Assembly: GCA_003649515.1 (NCBI GenBank)
Contig: QMSC01000001.1
Location: 1-39,956, forward strand
Direction of reading: 5' to 3'
Length of the DNA stretch: 39,956 nt
Source: Thermoprotei archaeon
GTDB lineage: Archaea > Thermoproteota > Thermoprotei > Thermofilales > B20-G17
Shown here: positions 18,958-27,068 of the stretch, piece by piece
Position numbering within the stretch: position 1 is the first letter of the stretch
Layout of the letters: each line of letters opens with the position of its first letter
Made by a program: the position numbers and the translations under genes
The notes under the pieces: generated by a model
Database searches by the model: none
Seen by the model: the letters and a program-made list of their open reading frames with translations, nothing else
What the model was told of the DNA's origin: nothing

Positions 18958-19626
18958 TTGTTGAGGGAAAAGGTGCCGCCTTACTTCTCGATACAAGTTG
19001 CGAGAAAAGTTCAACGTTACCTATCATCCAAAATCGTAATGAAGGACTTGCTGCCCCCCTTTATAGAGACCGTTGCTGGAATAGACCTTGCATACAGCGG
19101 CAACCTCGCAGTAGCCGCCGCAGTCCTCTTAGACTATCAAACTCTTCAAGTTCTCGAGAAAAAAGTTGCTGTTACAAAGGTAATGTTCCCCTATGTCCCT
19201 ACGCTACTCTCCTTTAGAGAACTTAAGGCAGCCTTTCTAGCGTATAAACACCTATCTCAAACCCCTGATGTGATACTAGTTGACGCCCATGGATACTCCC
19301 ATCCATTTCGGTTGGGATTTGCAAGTCACTTTGGAGTAGTCGTTAAAAAGCCTACAATAGGCGTGGCGAAAAAGCTACTATGCGGCGAGATCGGACCATG
19401 GAAGAACAACTGGGCACCCATAGTTGCTGAGGGCGAAGTCATAGGCGCCGCCCTAAGAACCCGAAAAGGCATTAAACCGATATATATAAGTGTGGGGAAT
19501 ATGGTAACCCTCAACACAGCAATAAAAATAGTGCTTCACACCACGAGAAGATATCGTATTCCCGAACCTGTTAGACAAGCACATATGGAATGCACCAGAA
19601 TAGCTCGACTTCTCAGGTCACTATGA
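18958..19626 (+). CDS. nfi: Endonuclease V (deoxyinosine/inosine 3' endonuclease)
   Basis: VAGIDLAY ... YVPTLLSFRE ... VILVDAHGYSHPFRLGFASHFGVVVKKPTIGVAKK matches the EndoV catalytic motifs. Confidence 0.88.
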   Translation: MLREKVPPYFSIQVARKVQRYLSSKIVMKDLLPPFIETVAGIDLAYSGNLAVAAAVLLDYQTLQVLEKKVAVTKVMFPYVPTLLSFRELKAAFLAYKHLSQTPDVILVDAHGYSHPFRLGFASHFGVVVKKPTIGVAKKLLCGEIGPWKNNWAPIVAEGEVIGAALRTRKGIKPIYISVGNMVTLNTAIKIVLHTTRRYRIPEPVRQAHMECTRIARLLRSL

Positions 19627-20352
19627 GCCCTCTCCAAGCTCCCTTATACGTTCGATTATCTTCGAGGTCTTACATAATTCTTCTTCAAAAGCCTCGCTTA
19701 ATTGTAAGAGCTTTACGTTAGTCTTCCCGCTTTTCTGGAGGACCTCTTTAACCTTTTCCATCAGCTCCCTCTGATCAGGACCAAAGAGAATTACATCAGG
19801 CTTAACATCCTCTACAACCTTTAAGACATCGAACTTCTCATCCCCTAGCACTACCTTATATACATACTTCATGGACTCCAGTAGCTTCCTCCTAAGACCT
19901 TCGGGAAAGACGGGATTATGTCCTTTAAATTTCCTTACTGTCGAATCACGTGCAAGAACTATTACCACCCTTCCAAGATCCCAGGCCTGCCTTAAGAAGA
20001 AGATATGTCCCGGATGTAGTATGTCAAAAACCCCTCCCACTAAGACAGTTTTCCTCGAAGGTCTTTCCCAGGAAAAGTTTACTAGCCCCTGAAAGCGCAG
20101 GGCATCGAGCAACCCCTCGGCGTACGCTATACAGGCAAGGCTGGTAAAAAGGTCTTCCTTTTCAAGATAGTATCTTGCATCGTTTACATAAGCTTTCGCT
20201 AAATCTACTATTTCACTTACAACGGGTTTTCTCGCGCTCTTTGAGAATTCGACGCTCTCAAGGACTTTCTCAACACTCTTTATGTACTCTTCGATCTTAG
20301 CTTTTTTACCCTTGAAGACCAATGTTTCACCACAGTTTTTGGTGCCCCACAA
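19621..20352 (-). CDS. ribL: DUF357 domain fused to a RibL-like cytidylyltransferase-fold nucleotidyltransferase (probable FAD synthase)
   Basis: The C-terminal half (VLVGGVFDILHPGHIFFLRQA ... VIVLARDSTVRKFKGHNPVFPEGLRR) carries the HxGH motif and resembles archaeal RibL. The N-terminal half has the DUF357-like YAEGLLDAL pattern. The TTG at 20352 overlaps dphB by 73 nt; an internal TTG at 20322 is an alternative start. Confidence 0.6.
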   Translation of the reverse strand: MWGTKNCGETLVFKGKKAKIEEYIKSVEKVLESVEFSKSARKPVVSEIVDLAKAYVNDARYYLEKEDLFTSLACIAYAEGLLDALRFQGLVNFSWERPSRKTVLVGGVFDILHPGHIFFLRQAWDLGRVVIVLARDSTVRKFKGHNPVFPEGLRRKLLESMKYVYKVVLGDEKFDVLKVVEDVKPDVILFGPDQRELMEKVKEVLQKSGKTNVKLLQLSEAFEEELCKTSKIIERIRELGEGS

Positions 20353-21122
20353 ATATATATTAACACTTCTTCCTCAAGCGGATGTAAATCTCCCGGTATT
20401 ATCAAGCTGTGAGGAGGAGGGCCAAAGTTATATTGGAGTAGATCTTTAAAAGAGCCCGCACGTATCACTTCATTATCAGAGCCTATCCTCCCCAGCCCTA
20501 TTCCAAGAGCTCCCAAATCTATAATGCCTTTATTCTCGAATTCCTCCATTCTTAAAAGGAGTTTAAGAGCATCTTCGACTCTCATTAATCTGCTCCTTTC
20601 AACCTTTATATCAAGAAAGAAGAAGGTATGAAGACCCCTTAATAGATTATCATATAATACCTCGTAAGGATAAGTTGAGAAGAATTCTTCTTCAGGGAAG
20701 ACTATCGTTGCACTTTTCCCAAATTTATATGCTTGAAGTCCCGTCGCGCTGATACCAGCGGAGAGAATAGAAGGAGCATGTATAACCTTAGTTGGTATGC
20801 CAGCCTTCTCCGCTTCAATTCTGATAAAGATATGCGTCGTTGCAATAAAGGGGTCACCTATAACGGCTATTACAATATCTCTTAAAGCGGCTTCTTTAAG
20901 GATCCTTCGATAGTCCTCACCTTCGAGAAACTCTCTATCAACGAAAGACACCTTGGCTTGATCAACGTACTCGCTGAGTACTACTTTAAAGTCGGAGTTC
21001 ACGAACAGGCTCGTATAATTATCGACGTATATCCTATCAGCCCTTTTAAGAACATCTAAAGCCTTGAGCGATATATCCTTTGAGCTTAGACCTAAACCAA
21101 CAAAATAGAGCAAAGCGATCAC
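20280..21122 (-). CDS. dphB: Diphthine synthase (diphthamide biosynthesis methyltransferase)
   Basis: LYFVGLGLSSKDISLKALDVLKRADRIYVDNYTS and VIGDPFIATTH are tetrapyrrole-methylase-fold diphthine synthase motifs. Confidence 0.88.
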   Translation of the reverse strand: MIALLYFVGLGLSSKDISLKALDVLKRADRIYVDNYTSLFVNSDFKVVLSEYVDQAKVSFVDREFLEGEDYRRILKEAALRDIVIAVIGDPFIATTHIFIRIEAEKAGIPTKVIHAPSILSAGISATGLQAYKFGKSATIVFPEEEFFSTYPYEVLYDNLLRGLHTFFFLDIKVERSRLMRVEDALKLLLRMEEFENKGIIDLGALGIGLGRIGSDNEVIRAGSFKDLLQYNFGPPPHSLIIPGDLHPLEEEVLIYICGAPKTVVKHWSSRVKKLRSKST

Positions 21123-21131
21123 CGGTTACCA

Positions 21132-21245
21132 CGGGCCCGGCGGGATTCGAACCCGCGACCCCCGGGTTTCTCTCACAAGATTGGTTAAGAGCCTCACCCA
21201 CCTCTACCGGGTGTCCGGTGCTCTACCAGGCTAAGCTACGGGCCC
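21132..21245 (-). tRNA. tRNA-Lys (anticodon CUU) precursor, 114 nt, with two putative introns
   Basis: Acceptor GGGCCCG/CGGGCCC, D-arm GCTT-AGCCTGGTA-GAGC, T-arm GCGGG-TTCGAAT-CCCGC. A 74-nt cloverleaf with anticodon arm CCGGG-CTCTTAA-CCCGG appears only after removing 22 nt (21193-21214, inside the 5' half of the anticodon stem, position 29/30 or 30/31) and 18 nt (21168-21185, compatible with canonical 37/38). Anticodon at 21187-21189. Confidence 0.7.
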
Positions 21246-21362
21246 TGCTTTAGGTAGTATCGTGCCTAGGATTATAAATTTTTCTGGCATTTAATGCGTC
21301 TATAACCTCTCGCAGAACAGTACATTTATGTAAATTCCCCAGTTTATAATTGGGGGTATACA

Positions 21363-21818
21363 ATGTTAGCGATCTTAGAGGCCACAGCAATAGTTATCTT
21401 AATAGCACTATCAAACGCCGTACTTCAGAGATTAGTCCTAAACGTTAGGAAAATTGAAAGGCTCTCACAGGAGATACACCGATGGCAAGAAATACGCGAG
21501 GAATCCATAAGGAAGAAGGATAAGAAACTCTTCTTGAAGACGGAAAGGGAAAAGAGAAGAATTAAAAAGTTAAAGGCCGAGCTAGATAAGGAGAAGGCTA
21601 AGAATTACGCTATCTCGATAGCGCTTTGGTTTGCTGGCCTTAAGCTGGCCGAAATGATACTTGGAAAAGGGTTTTCAATATACTTACCCCCTTTAGGAAT
21701 TCCTATAGGTTTCATTGGATGGTATATCATCGTTAGCCTATGGATGTTCCCACTGTCGAGTAGAGTTATTGCGGGTAGAGTTTATGCTATGCTCTCAACA
21801 GTTAGAGGTTGGATGTAG
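21363..21818 (+). CDS. DUF106-like membrane protein (archaeal YidC/Oxa1/EMC3-type insertase homolog)
   Basis: TM1, then a long basic coiled coil (KKDKKLFLKTEREKRRIKKLKAELDKEKAK), then TM2 and TM3. Sits immediately upstream of eL34-cmk as in the conserved secY-adk-DUF106-rpl34e-cmk tail. Confidence 0.55.
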   Translation: MLAILEATAIVILIALSNAVLQRLVLNVRKIERLSQEIHRWQEIREESIRKKDKKLFLKTEREKRRIKKLKAELDKEKAKNYAISIALWFAGLKLAEMILGKGFSIYLPPLGIPIGFIGWYIIVSLWMFPLSSRVIAGRVYAMLSTVRGWM

Positions 21819-21864
21819 CAGAAGAAATAAATACGAATAAGTAATTTAAGGTGGCGGGACCTCG

Positions 21865-22140
21865 ATGGGACATACGCCTCGTTCCAGAAGGTTAAGAAGA
21901 ACGATTGTTAGAACGCCTGGCGGTAGACTAGCCATCCACTACAAAAAGAGAAAATACGACGTGCCTAAGTGCGCCATCTGCAAGCACCCCCTAAACGGAT
22001 TCCCCAAACTTAGGCCTAAGGACGTTAGAAAGGGTCATAGACCTCCCACTAGAATTTTCGGCGGATACTTATGTGCTAACTGCTTAGAAAAATTCATTCG
22101 AGAAAAGGTCATGTCGCAGTACTCTACATCGGGCGCCTAA
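21865..22140 (+). CDS. rpl34e: 50S ribosomal protein eL34 (L34e)
   Basis: RTPGGRLAIHYKKRKYDVPKCAICKHPLNG ... GGYLCANC zinc-ribbon pattern. Confidence 0.9.
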   Translation: MGHTPRSRRLRRTIVRTPGGRLAIHYKKRKYDVPKCAICKHPLNGFPKLRPKDVRKGHRPPTRIFGGYLCANCLEKFIREKVMSQYSTSGA

Positions 22141-22141
22141 C

Positions 22142-22699
22142 ATGCCCCGAAAACTAGTCATAGCTATTAGCGGGCAGGTAGGCGCGGGAAAGACAACTTA
22201 TGCTAAAAGACTAGCCGAGGAGTTTAACCTAAAGTACGTTTCAAGTGGAATGCTTTTCAGAAAGATCGCTGAAGAACTGGGAGTCTCCCTGCTACAACTG
22301 CACGAAATGGCTGAAAAGGACCCAAAGTATGACTTAATGATCGATAAAAACGCCATAAAAGTTGCTAAAGAGGGAAATGTTGTAGTAGAGGGACACTTGG
22401 CTGCATGGGTACTCGCAGACATTGCTGATATAAAGGTCCTGCTTATAGCCCCTCTTAACGTTAGAGCTGAGAGACTAGCCCAAAGAGATGGAAAAAGCTT
22501 CAAGAAATCACTACAGGAGATTAGGAAAAGGGAAGAGAGTAACAGGAAAAGATGTTTAAAATACTATGGGAAGGATACAAAGGACTGGAGCATATTTAAT
22601 CTCATAATAGACACTAGCAAACTTAGCATCGACGGGGTCTACCGGATACTTAGAGAATACGTTAGAACTTATATAGAAGAACACGAAGAAGAGCGGTAG
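22142..22699 (+). CDS. cmk: Cytidylate kinase (archaeal type)
   Basis: P-loop IAISGQVGAGKTT and FNLKYVSSGMLFRKIAEE. Starts 1 nt after the eL34 stop. Confidence 0.88.
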   Translation: MPRKLVIAISGQVGAGKTTYAKRLAEEFNLKYVSSGMLFRKIAEELGVSLLQLHEMAEKDPKYDLMIDKNAIKVAKEGNVVVEGHLAAWVLADIADIKVLLIAPLNVRAERLAQRDGKSFKKSLQEIRKREESNRKRCLKYYGKDTKDWSIFNLIIDTSKLSIDGVYRILREYVRTYIEEHEEER

Positions 22700-22741
22700 A
22701 TAGGCTACCTAACCTTTGAATTGTCATCCTTCACTCTATTC

Positions 22742-23275
22742 TCATATACAAAAAAGCATCTCACAGTAGGGGTCTCCCACAGCCCTGCATTTAATCTCGA
22801 GAGATTCCCGAATCTTAAGCCCCGTGAGACCTTCTATAAGACCTTCTAGGTAACCTCTAGTGAATAAACATGTAGGCTCGCGAGAAGGCTTCATGAAATC
22901 GGATTCGAATCCATTGTATACGCGGATTCTTATCTCCCTCCTGAAGAGATCTATGTTCATTACCTTTACCTCTCCGAATCCTTGCTCAGTTAGGACTCTT
23001 TCTAGTTCCCTTACAAATGCCTCTCTCTTTACGTGAAAATCCTCCTGCCTCGTTGAGCTTATATTGCGGCCCTCAACAAGCCCCATTTGAAAGCCTAAGT
23101 GGAAGTATATTACCCTTATTCCATTACCTCCCTGTAAGGCTAAGTTTTTGAAAGCTATTCCAAGGCTTTCCGCCCTTAACTTTATTTCTCTATTCTTACT
23201 GACAGCTATCACTTCCCACCACTTCTCATTCTTTAATGCCCTAAGCAATATATAAATTTTGCCATTGAATTGCAA
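22742..23275 (-). CDS. V4R (4-vinyl reductase) domain protein, putative small-molecule-binding sensor
   Basis: C-terminal CLFTRGYLEGLIEGLTG ... EIKCRAVGDPYCEMLF matches the V4R Cys/Gly pattern. TTG start. Confidence 0.55.
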   Translation of the reverse strand: MQFNGKIYILLRALKNEKWWEVIAVSKNREIKLRAESLGIAFKNLALQGGNGIRVIYFHLGFQMGLVEGRNISSTRQEDFHVKREAFVRELERVLTEQGFGEVKVMNIDLFRREIRIRVYNGFESDFMKPSREPTCLFTRGYLEGLIEGLTGLKIRESLEIKCRAVGDPYCEMLFCI

Positions 23276-23361
23276 AAATTTTCAATTTAGAGCTCAATTT
23301 TTGATTGAAATTGCATCATGCACTGATCTATTGCATCTATGTAGCAATTCTCATGCAAAAG
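23264..23361. promoter_or_regulatory. Cluster of TTGCA/TGCAA-type dyads in a divergent promoter (candidate Lrp-family operators)
   Basis: TTGCAAAAATTTTCAA (23270-23285), TGCATCATGCA (23312-23322, perfect 5-1-5 palindrome), TTGCATCTATGTAGCAA (23331-23347), ATGCAAAAG (23353-23361). Also TCAAT-N5-ATTGA (23294-23308). A TATA-like GTTTATATAT lies at 23361-23370. Confidence 0.45.
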
Positions 23362-23399
23362 TTTATATATCCCTTTTTTAATAACTATTCCGATGAGAT

Positions 23400-23759
23400 A
23401 TGAAAATATATAGGATCCTAGCGATAATAATTATAACATTACTGATATCAACCACTATAGCCAGCGTAGCTACCTATGCAAAGCCTTGCGGTGCCATAGT
23501 GACAAAGCAAGTTGTACCAAAAGAGATTAAGCAGCTTATTAATGACATTTTAAAAAATCCTGCTAACATTCTCGAATTGATAGGGGGTATACTGAAAGAT
23601 TTTAATGCAACGGTAGCGATAGCGAGCGAGCCTCCTCCTGATGCGATAGTATTAGGGCCAACGTTTCCAAATGGATACTGGATCATAATATACCTCCCAA
23701 ATGGAGTTATAATAGCAATAGACCCGCGTGAAAGCGGAGGGCCCTCACTACCAGTGTAA
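23400..23759 (+). CDS. Hypothetical small exported or membrane-anchored protein
   Basis: 119 aa with an N-terminal hydrophobic segment (ILAIIIITLLISTTIASVATYA) and no recognisable domain. Confidence 0.4.
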   Translation: MKIYRILAIIIITLLISTTIASVATYAKPCGAIVTKQVVPKEIKQLINDILKNPANILELIGGILKDFNATVAIASEPPPDAIVLGPTFPNGYWIIIYLPNGVIIAIDPRESGGPSLPV

Positions 23760-23824
23760 ACAGCTTCCTAACACCGCGTTACAGAGACTTCCTTAGAATA
23801 TAGTATCTACCTAATAGCTAAGCA

Positions 23825-24925
23825 GTGGTGATATTGGTGAAAGCAAGGTATATCCAACTGCTCAATGCGCTAGTAAAAAACCCTACTGCTAGTTTTAATC
23901 AGCTAGCTAAGGTACTAGGCGTATCTCCATCAACTGTTCGGAATGCGTTTAACACCTTAGTTAGTGAAGAATATATTTCACTAATATACGCCATTGTCAA
24001 TTACCCAGCTATTCAGAGGGAAATTGTCGCCACCTTTATAGAAGCCCCTTCAAAAACTTGGCCTGTTCTTGAGCGAGCTTTAGATGAATTCTTCTACCTT
24101 AGAACTAGAGCTAGGTGTATAGGAGTTATTAGTGGCGTTCATGCGTTCTTTGCCATACCTACGGGCACTCTACCCTACTTAAGGGAATTTTTAGATACTT
24201 TAAAGGATCTAAATTTACTGGGATCCTACAATATTCTCACACCGGCCACTAAGTGGTTTTACTCAGAGCCTAACTTTACAGTGTTCGATAAAGAAGATTT
24301 CACCTGGAATGTTAACTGGATTGAATGGAAAAATCTCATCTCAACGGTAGAGCCAGAGGTCATAGAGGTTCCCAGCAGGTCTCTAATGGATAGACTGACG
24401 CTAGCGGACTTCAAAATTTTAGATAGACTTACCATCAGGGCTCGCATAAGCAAAACTGAGCTAGCTAGGTTTGCAGGTCTGAAATCTTACGAGCTATCAC
24501 GTCGCCTGAAGTTTCTGCACGGAAACAAAGTCATATTAAAGTATCGTGTTGCACTGGGCGCAAAATTCCTTGAAAGACTTACAAATCTCGCTATAAACGC
24601 TAAATGTAGTAGTAAAACGACCAGAAGGCTTGCTGCCGCGTTTAAAACCCTTCCTTATCAATCCACATTCATACCCACAAAGGAAGGCTTCCTACTCTAC
24701 ACACTCATACCGTCAAAGGATTTCATAAACCTCTCGGCAATACTACACGATTACTGCGATCGAATAGAAGTCGCGTGGCTCGATTATCGCCACAGCAAGG
24801 TCTGGAACATAGCTTATGAAGCGTACAGGGATGGCAAGTGGGACTCATCTTATGAGTTCATGGTTGAACAGCCCTTAAGGAACATTAGAGAGAAATTAAT
24901 GAAATCCACTCCTTATCCTCAATAG
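23825..24925 (+). CDS. Transcriptional regulator with two Lrp/AsnC-type wHTH modules in one polypeptide
   Basis: Module 1: IQLLNALVKNPTASFNQLAKVLGVSPSTVRNAFNTLVSEEYI. Module 2: DFKILDRLTIRARISKTELARFAGLKSYELSRRLKFLHGNKVI. Each is followed by a region of about 100 aa. GTG start. Confidence 0.55.
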   Translation: MVILVKARYIQLLNALVKNPTASFNQLAKVLGVSPSTVRNAFNTLVSEEYISLIYAIVNYPAIQREIVATFIEAPSKTWPVLERALDEFFYLRTRARCIGVISGVHAFFAIPTGTLPYLREFLDTLKDLNLLGSYNILTPATKWFYSEPNFTVFDKEDFTWNVNWIEWKNLISTVEPEVIEVPSRSLMDRLTLADFKILDRLTIRARISKTELARFAGLKSYELSRRLKFLHGNKVILKYRVALGAKFLERLTNLAINAKCSSKTTRRLAAAFKTLPYQSTFIPTKEGFLLYTLIPSKDFINLSAILHDYCDRIEVAWLDYRHSKVWNIAYEAYRDGKWDSSYEFMVEQPLRNIREKLMKSTPYPQ

Positions 24926-25486
24926 CTTTTTTAATTCGCTTTCTTTCCCATAAAACCTAATGAGACTTATTACGGAGATTATTAAAGCCGCTTCTGCCAC
25001 ACCAGGCAGTATTACCATGAGAGAAGGGATACGTATAAAGAGCATGACAATAGCTATAGCTATCAAACTCAACCCCAACGTTATGAGGGATATAAAGCTC
25101 TCCCTCTCTCTTTCAATAAGCTCGCGCAATATATCATGAGGTCTTTCAGCTTCAGCAGCTTTTCCCAGCAACTTCTCCAGCTCAAAACGAATATCGCTTA
25201 CGCGCTTATCTATGACCTCCCAGACCTTATCTATCGAAGAGCCCTCACTAGAGCCCGTTAGAATATTCTGTATCTCGTCTAGCACCTCTAGGAAAACACT
25301 GTTCTCTAGAAAACGCCCTAGAAATATTAAAAAGCCCAACTTCCCTGTCCTCGTTAAAGATTTTATCCGCTTCTCATACTCCTTGAACTCCATTTTACTT
25401 TTAAGGTGAAATATTACTGAAAGAGCTATCACTATAAATCCCAATACAAGCACTATGAAACCTATTTCCTCTATCCCGGCTAACAT
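24896..25486 (-). CDS. Hypothetical membrane protein (N-terminal TM, central helical/coiled region, C-terminal TM pair)
   Basis: Hydrophobic segments at both ends with a charged helical middle. Its 3' end overlaps the convergent regulator gene by 30 nt. Confidence 0.4.
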   Translation of the reverse strand: MLAGIEEIGFIVLVLGFIVIALSVIFHLKSKMEFKEYEKRIKSLTRTGKLGFLIFLGRFLENSVFLEVLDEIQNILTGSSEGSSIDKVWEVIDKRVSDIRFELEKLLGKAAEAERPHDILRELIERERESFISLITLGLSLIAIAIVMLFIRIPSLMVILPGVAEAALIISVISLIRFYGKESELKKLLRIRSGFH

Positions 25487-25621
25487 TCTTTATATCCTCT
25501 TTGACTAATTTTATGTTGATATCTATACTGTAAAAATCTATTTTATATTTAACTAAATTAACACCTTGATACAGGAAAATAAAGGTAATACTTCAAATGG
25601 GGGAGTGGGAGGAGATATGTA

Positions 25622-26371
25622 TTGATCATAACATTCTTAGGAACCGCAGGCAGTGCCCCTTACCACGAACATAGTCTTCCATCGATCCTCGTGAGCAAGA
25701 AGATCCTTCTCGATTGTGGAGAAGGAGCTACTTCTGCGCTCCAGAAAGCCGGGGCATTAGACGAATTAGAGTACGTGCTTCTAACACATTTTCATGGAGA
25801 CCACGTGTCTGGCCTCATATCGCTCATTTGGATATATATGCTGAGAGGAAGAGCGAGGAAGCTCACAGTAATAGGTCCCAGGGGAGTTGGCTCAAATGTA
25901 ATCCAACTACTAAAGCTAGTTAATACTCCTATGGAAAGAATTCGCAAGTTTCTAGTATTAAGGGAAATAAAGCCTGGAGAGAATATAGGATTCATATTCG
26001 CTGAGGAGGCTAATCACCCCACACCTTCGCTTGCTTTCAGAATAGAAATAGAGGGGAGGGCTTTGTGTTATACTGGTGACACATCGCCCTCCGAGAAGAT
26101 AATTAAGCTCGCTAAGGGTTGTGAATTATTGATCCACGACGCAACATTCCCTCCTGGAATGGAGGAAGAGGCACTGGCTGTGGGTCATTCAACTCCATAT
26201 CAGGCAGCAGTAAGCGCACAAAAAGCCGGTGTAAAAAAGTTAGTACTCTTTCATTTACCCTACTACTACTTCGGAGGAGAGGAGTTCATAAAGGACTACT
26301 TAGCAGCCGCACGAAAGGTATTTAGTGGAGAAATTTACGTACCAAGAGAATTTGAAATCATATCCATTTAA
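25622..26371 (+). CDS. Metallo-beta-lactamase-fold hydrolase, RNase Z-like
   Basis: ITFLGTAGSAP ... SILV ... LLDCGEG ... LLTHFHGDHVSGL (HxHxDH) ... HDATF. TTG start preceded by GGGAGGAG. Shorter (249 aa) than typical RNase Z. Confidence 0.6.
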   Translation: MIITFLGTAGSAPYHEHSLPSILVSKKILLDCGEGATSALQKAGALDELEYVLLTHFHGDHVSGLISLIWIYMLRGRARKLTVIGPRGVGSNVIQLLKLVNTPMERIRKFLVLREIKPGENIGFIFAEEANHPTPSLAFRIEIEGRALCYTGDTSPSEKIIKLAKGCELLIHDATFPPGMEEEALAVGHSTPYQAAVSAQKAGVKKLVLFHLPYYYFGGEEFIKDYLAAARKVFSGEIYVPREFEIISI

Positions 26372-26442
26372 GTGTTCATACTATTTAGCTGTTTGAACAC
26401 CATGCTTTAATACAGGCGTTGGAGAACTGACCTTGAGGACTA

Positions 26443-27009
26443 ATGAAAAGCAATGCTGGTAGAAAATCTCGACGAGTAGCACTAATAGCGTTAAACGCTG
26501 CACTATACGCTGTTTTCATCCTTGTAACTGCATACATTACAACTCCTTTCATCATACAATTCAGGTCCGCTGTAATAGTGCCCGCGATTTTTGCTGCTCT
26601 TTATGGACCTCTTATTGGAGGATTTGGAGCGGCTTTAGGTACATTCATTGCAAGCATTATCAGATATGGGTCACCCATCTTAACGATATTTAGCGGAACA
26701 CCTGGAAATTTCGTGTGCTTCTACCTTCTAGGCTATATAGCCCGAAAATATTCCGAGAGAGATAGGTGGCTCCTTGGATATATCATTGGGTCAGTAGTAG
26801 GGCTTCTTGCGGGCTTTACAATAATAGCCTTGGGACTGTACTTCCTCGCAGCAGTTGTAGGAATGAAAACTCTGCTAGCATGGACTAATACATCGTTCAT
26901 AACAATGGCACTAGCCTTTGGTATAGTAAGCGAACTACCATTCATGCTTATCCTGGGCCCTCCCATAATAAGGGCTTTAAAGAGAGAAAGGCTCGGTAGC
27001 GGTCCTTAA
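26443..27009 (+). CDS. Polytopic membrane protein, ECF S-component/QueT-like (tentative)
   Basis: 188 aa with about 5-6 TM segments and Gly-rich helices. The family assignment is by resemblance only. Confidence 0.35.
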   Translation: MKSNAGRKSRRVALIALNAALYAVFILVTAYITTPFIIQFRSAVIVPAIFAALYGPLIGGFGAALGTFIASIIRYGSPILTIFSGTPGNFVCFYLLGYIARKYSERDRWLLGYIIGSVVGLLAGFTIIALGLYFLAAVVGMKTLLAWTNTSFITMALAFGIVSELPFMLILGPPIIRALKRERLGSGP

Positions 27010-27068
27010 AGGAGATTTTAAGCGAAGGACTATTTAGACCGAATGAATACCGTACATAGGTTACCTAA

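Noticed and set aside
26372-26400. Hairpin GTGTTCA-N15-TGAACAC immediately after the MBL hydrolase stop codon
   Set aside because: The stem is only 7 bp with a large loop and no following T-tract. Archaeal termination does not require hairpins, so evidence for a function is insufficient.
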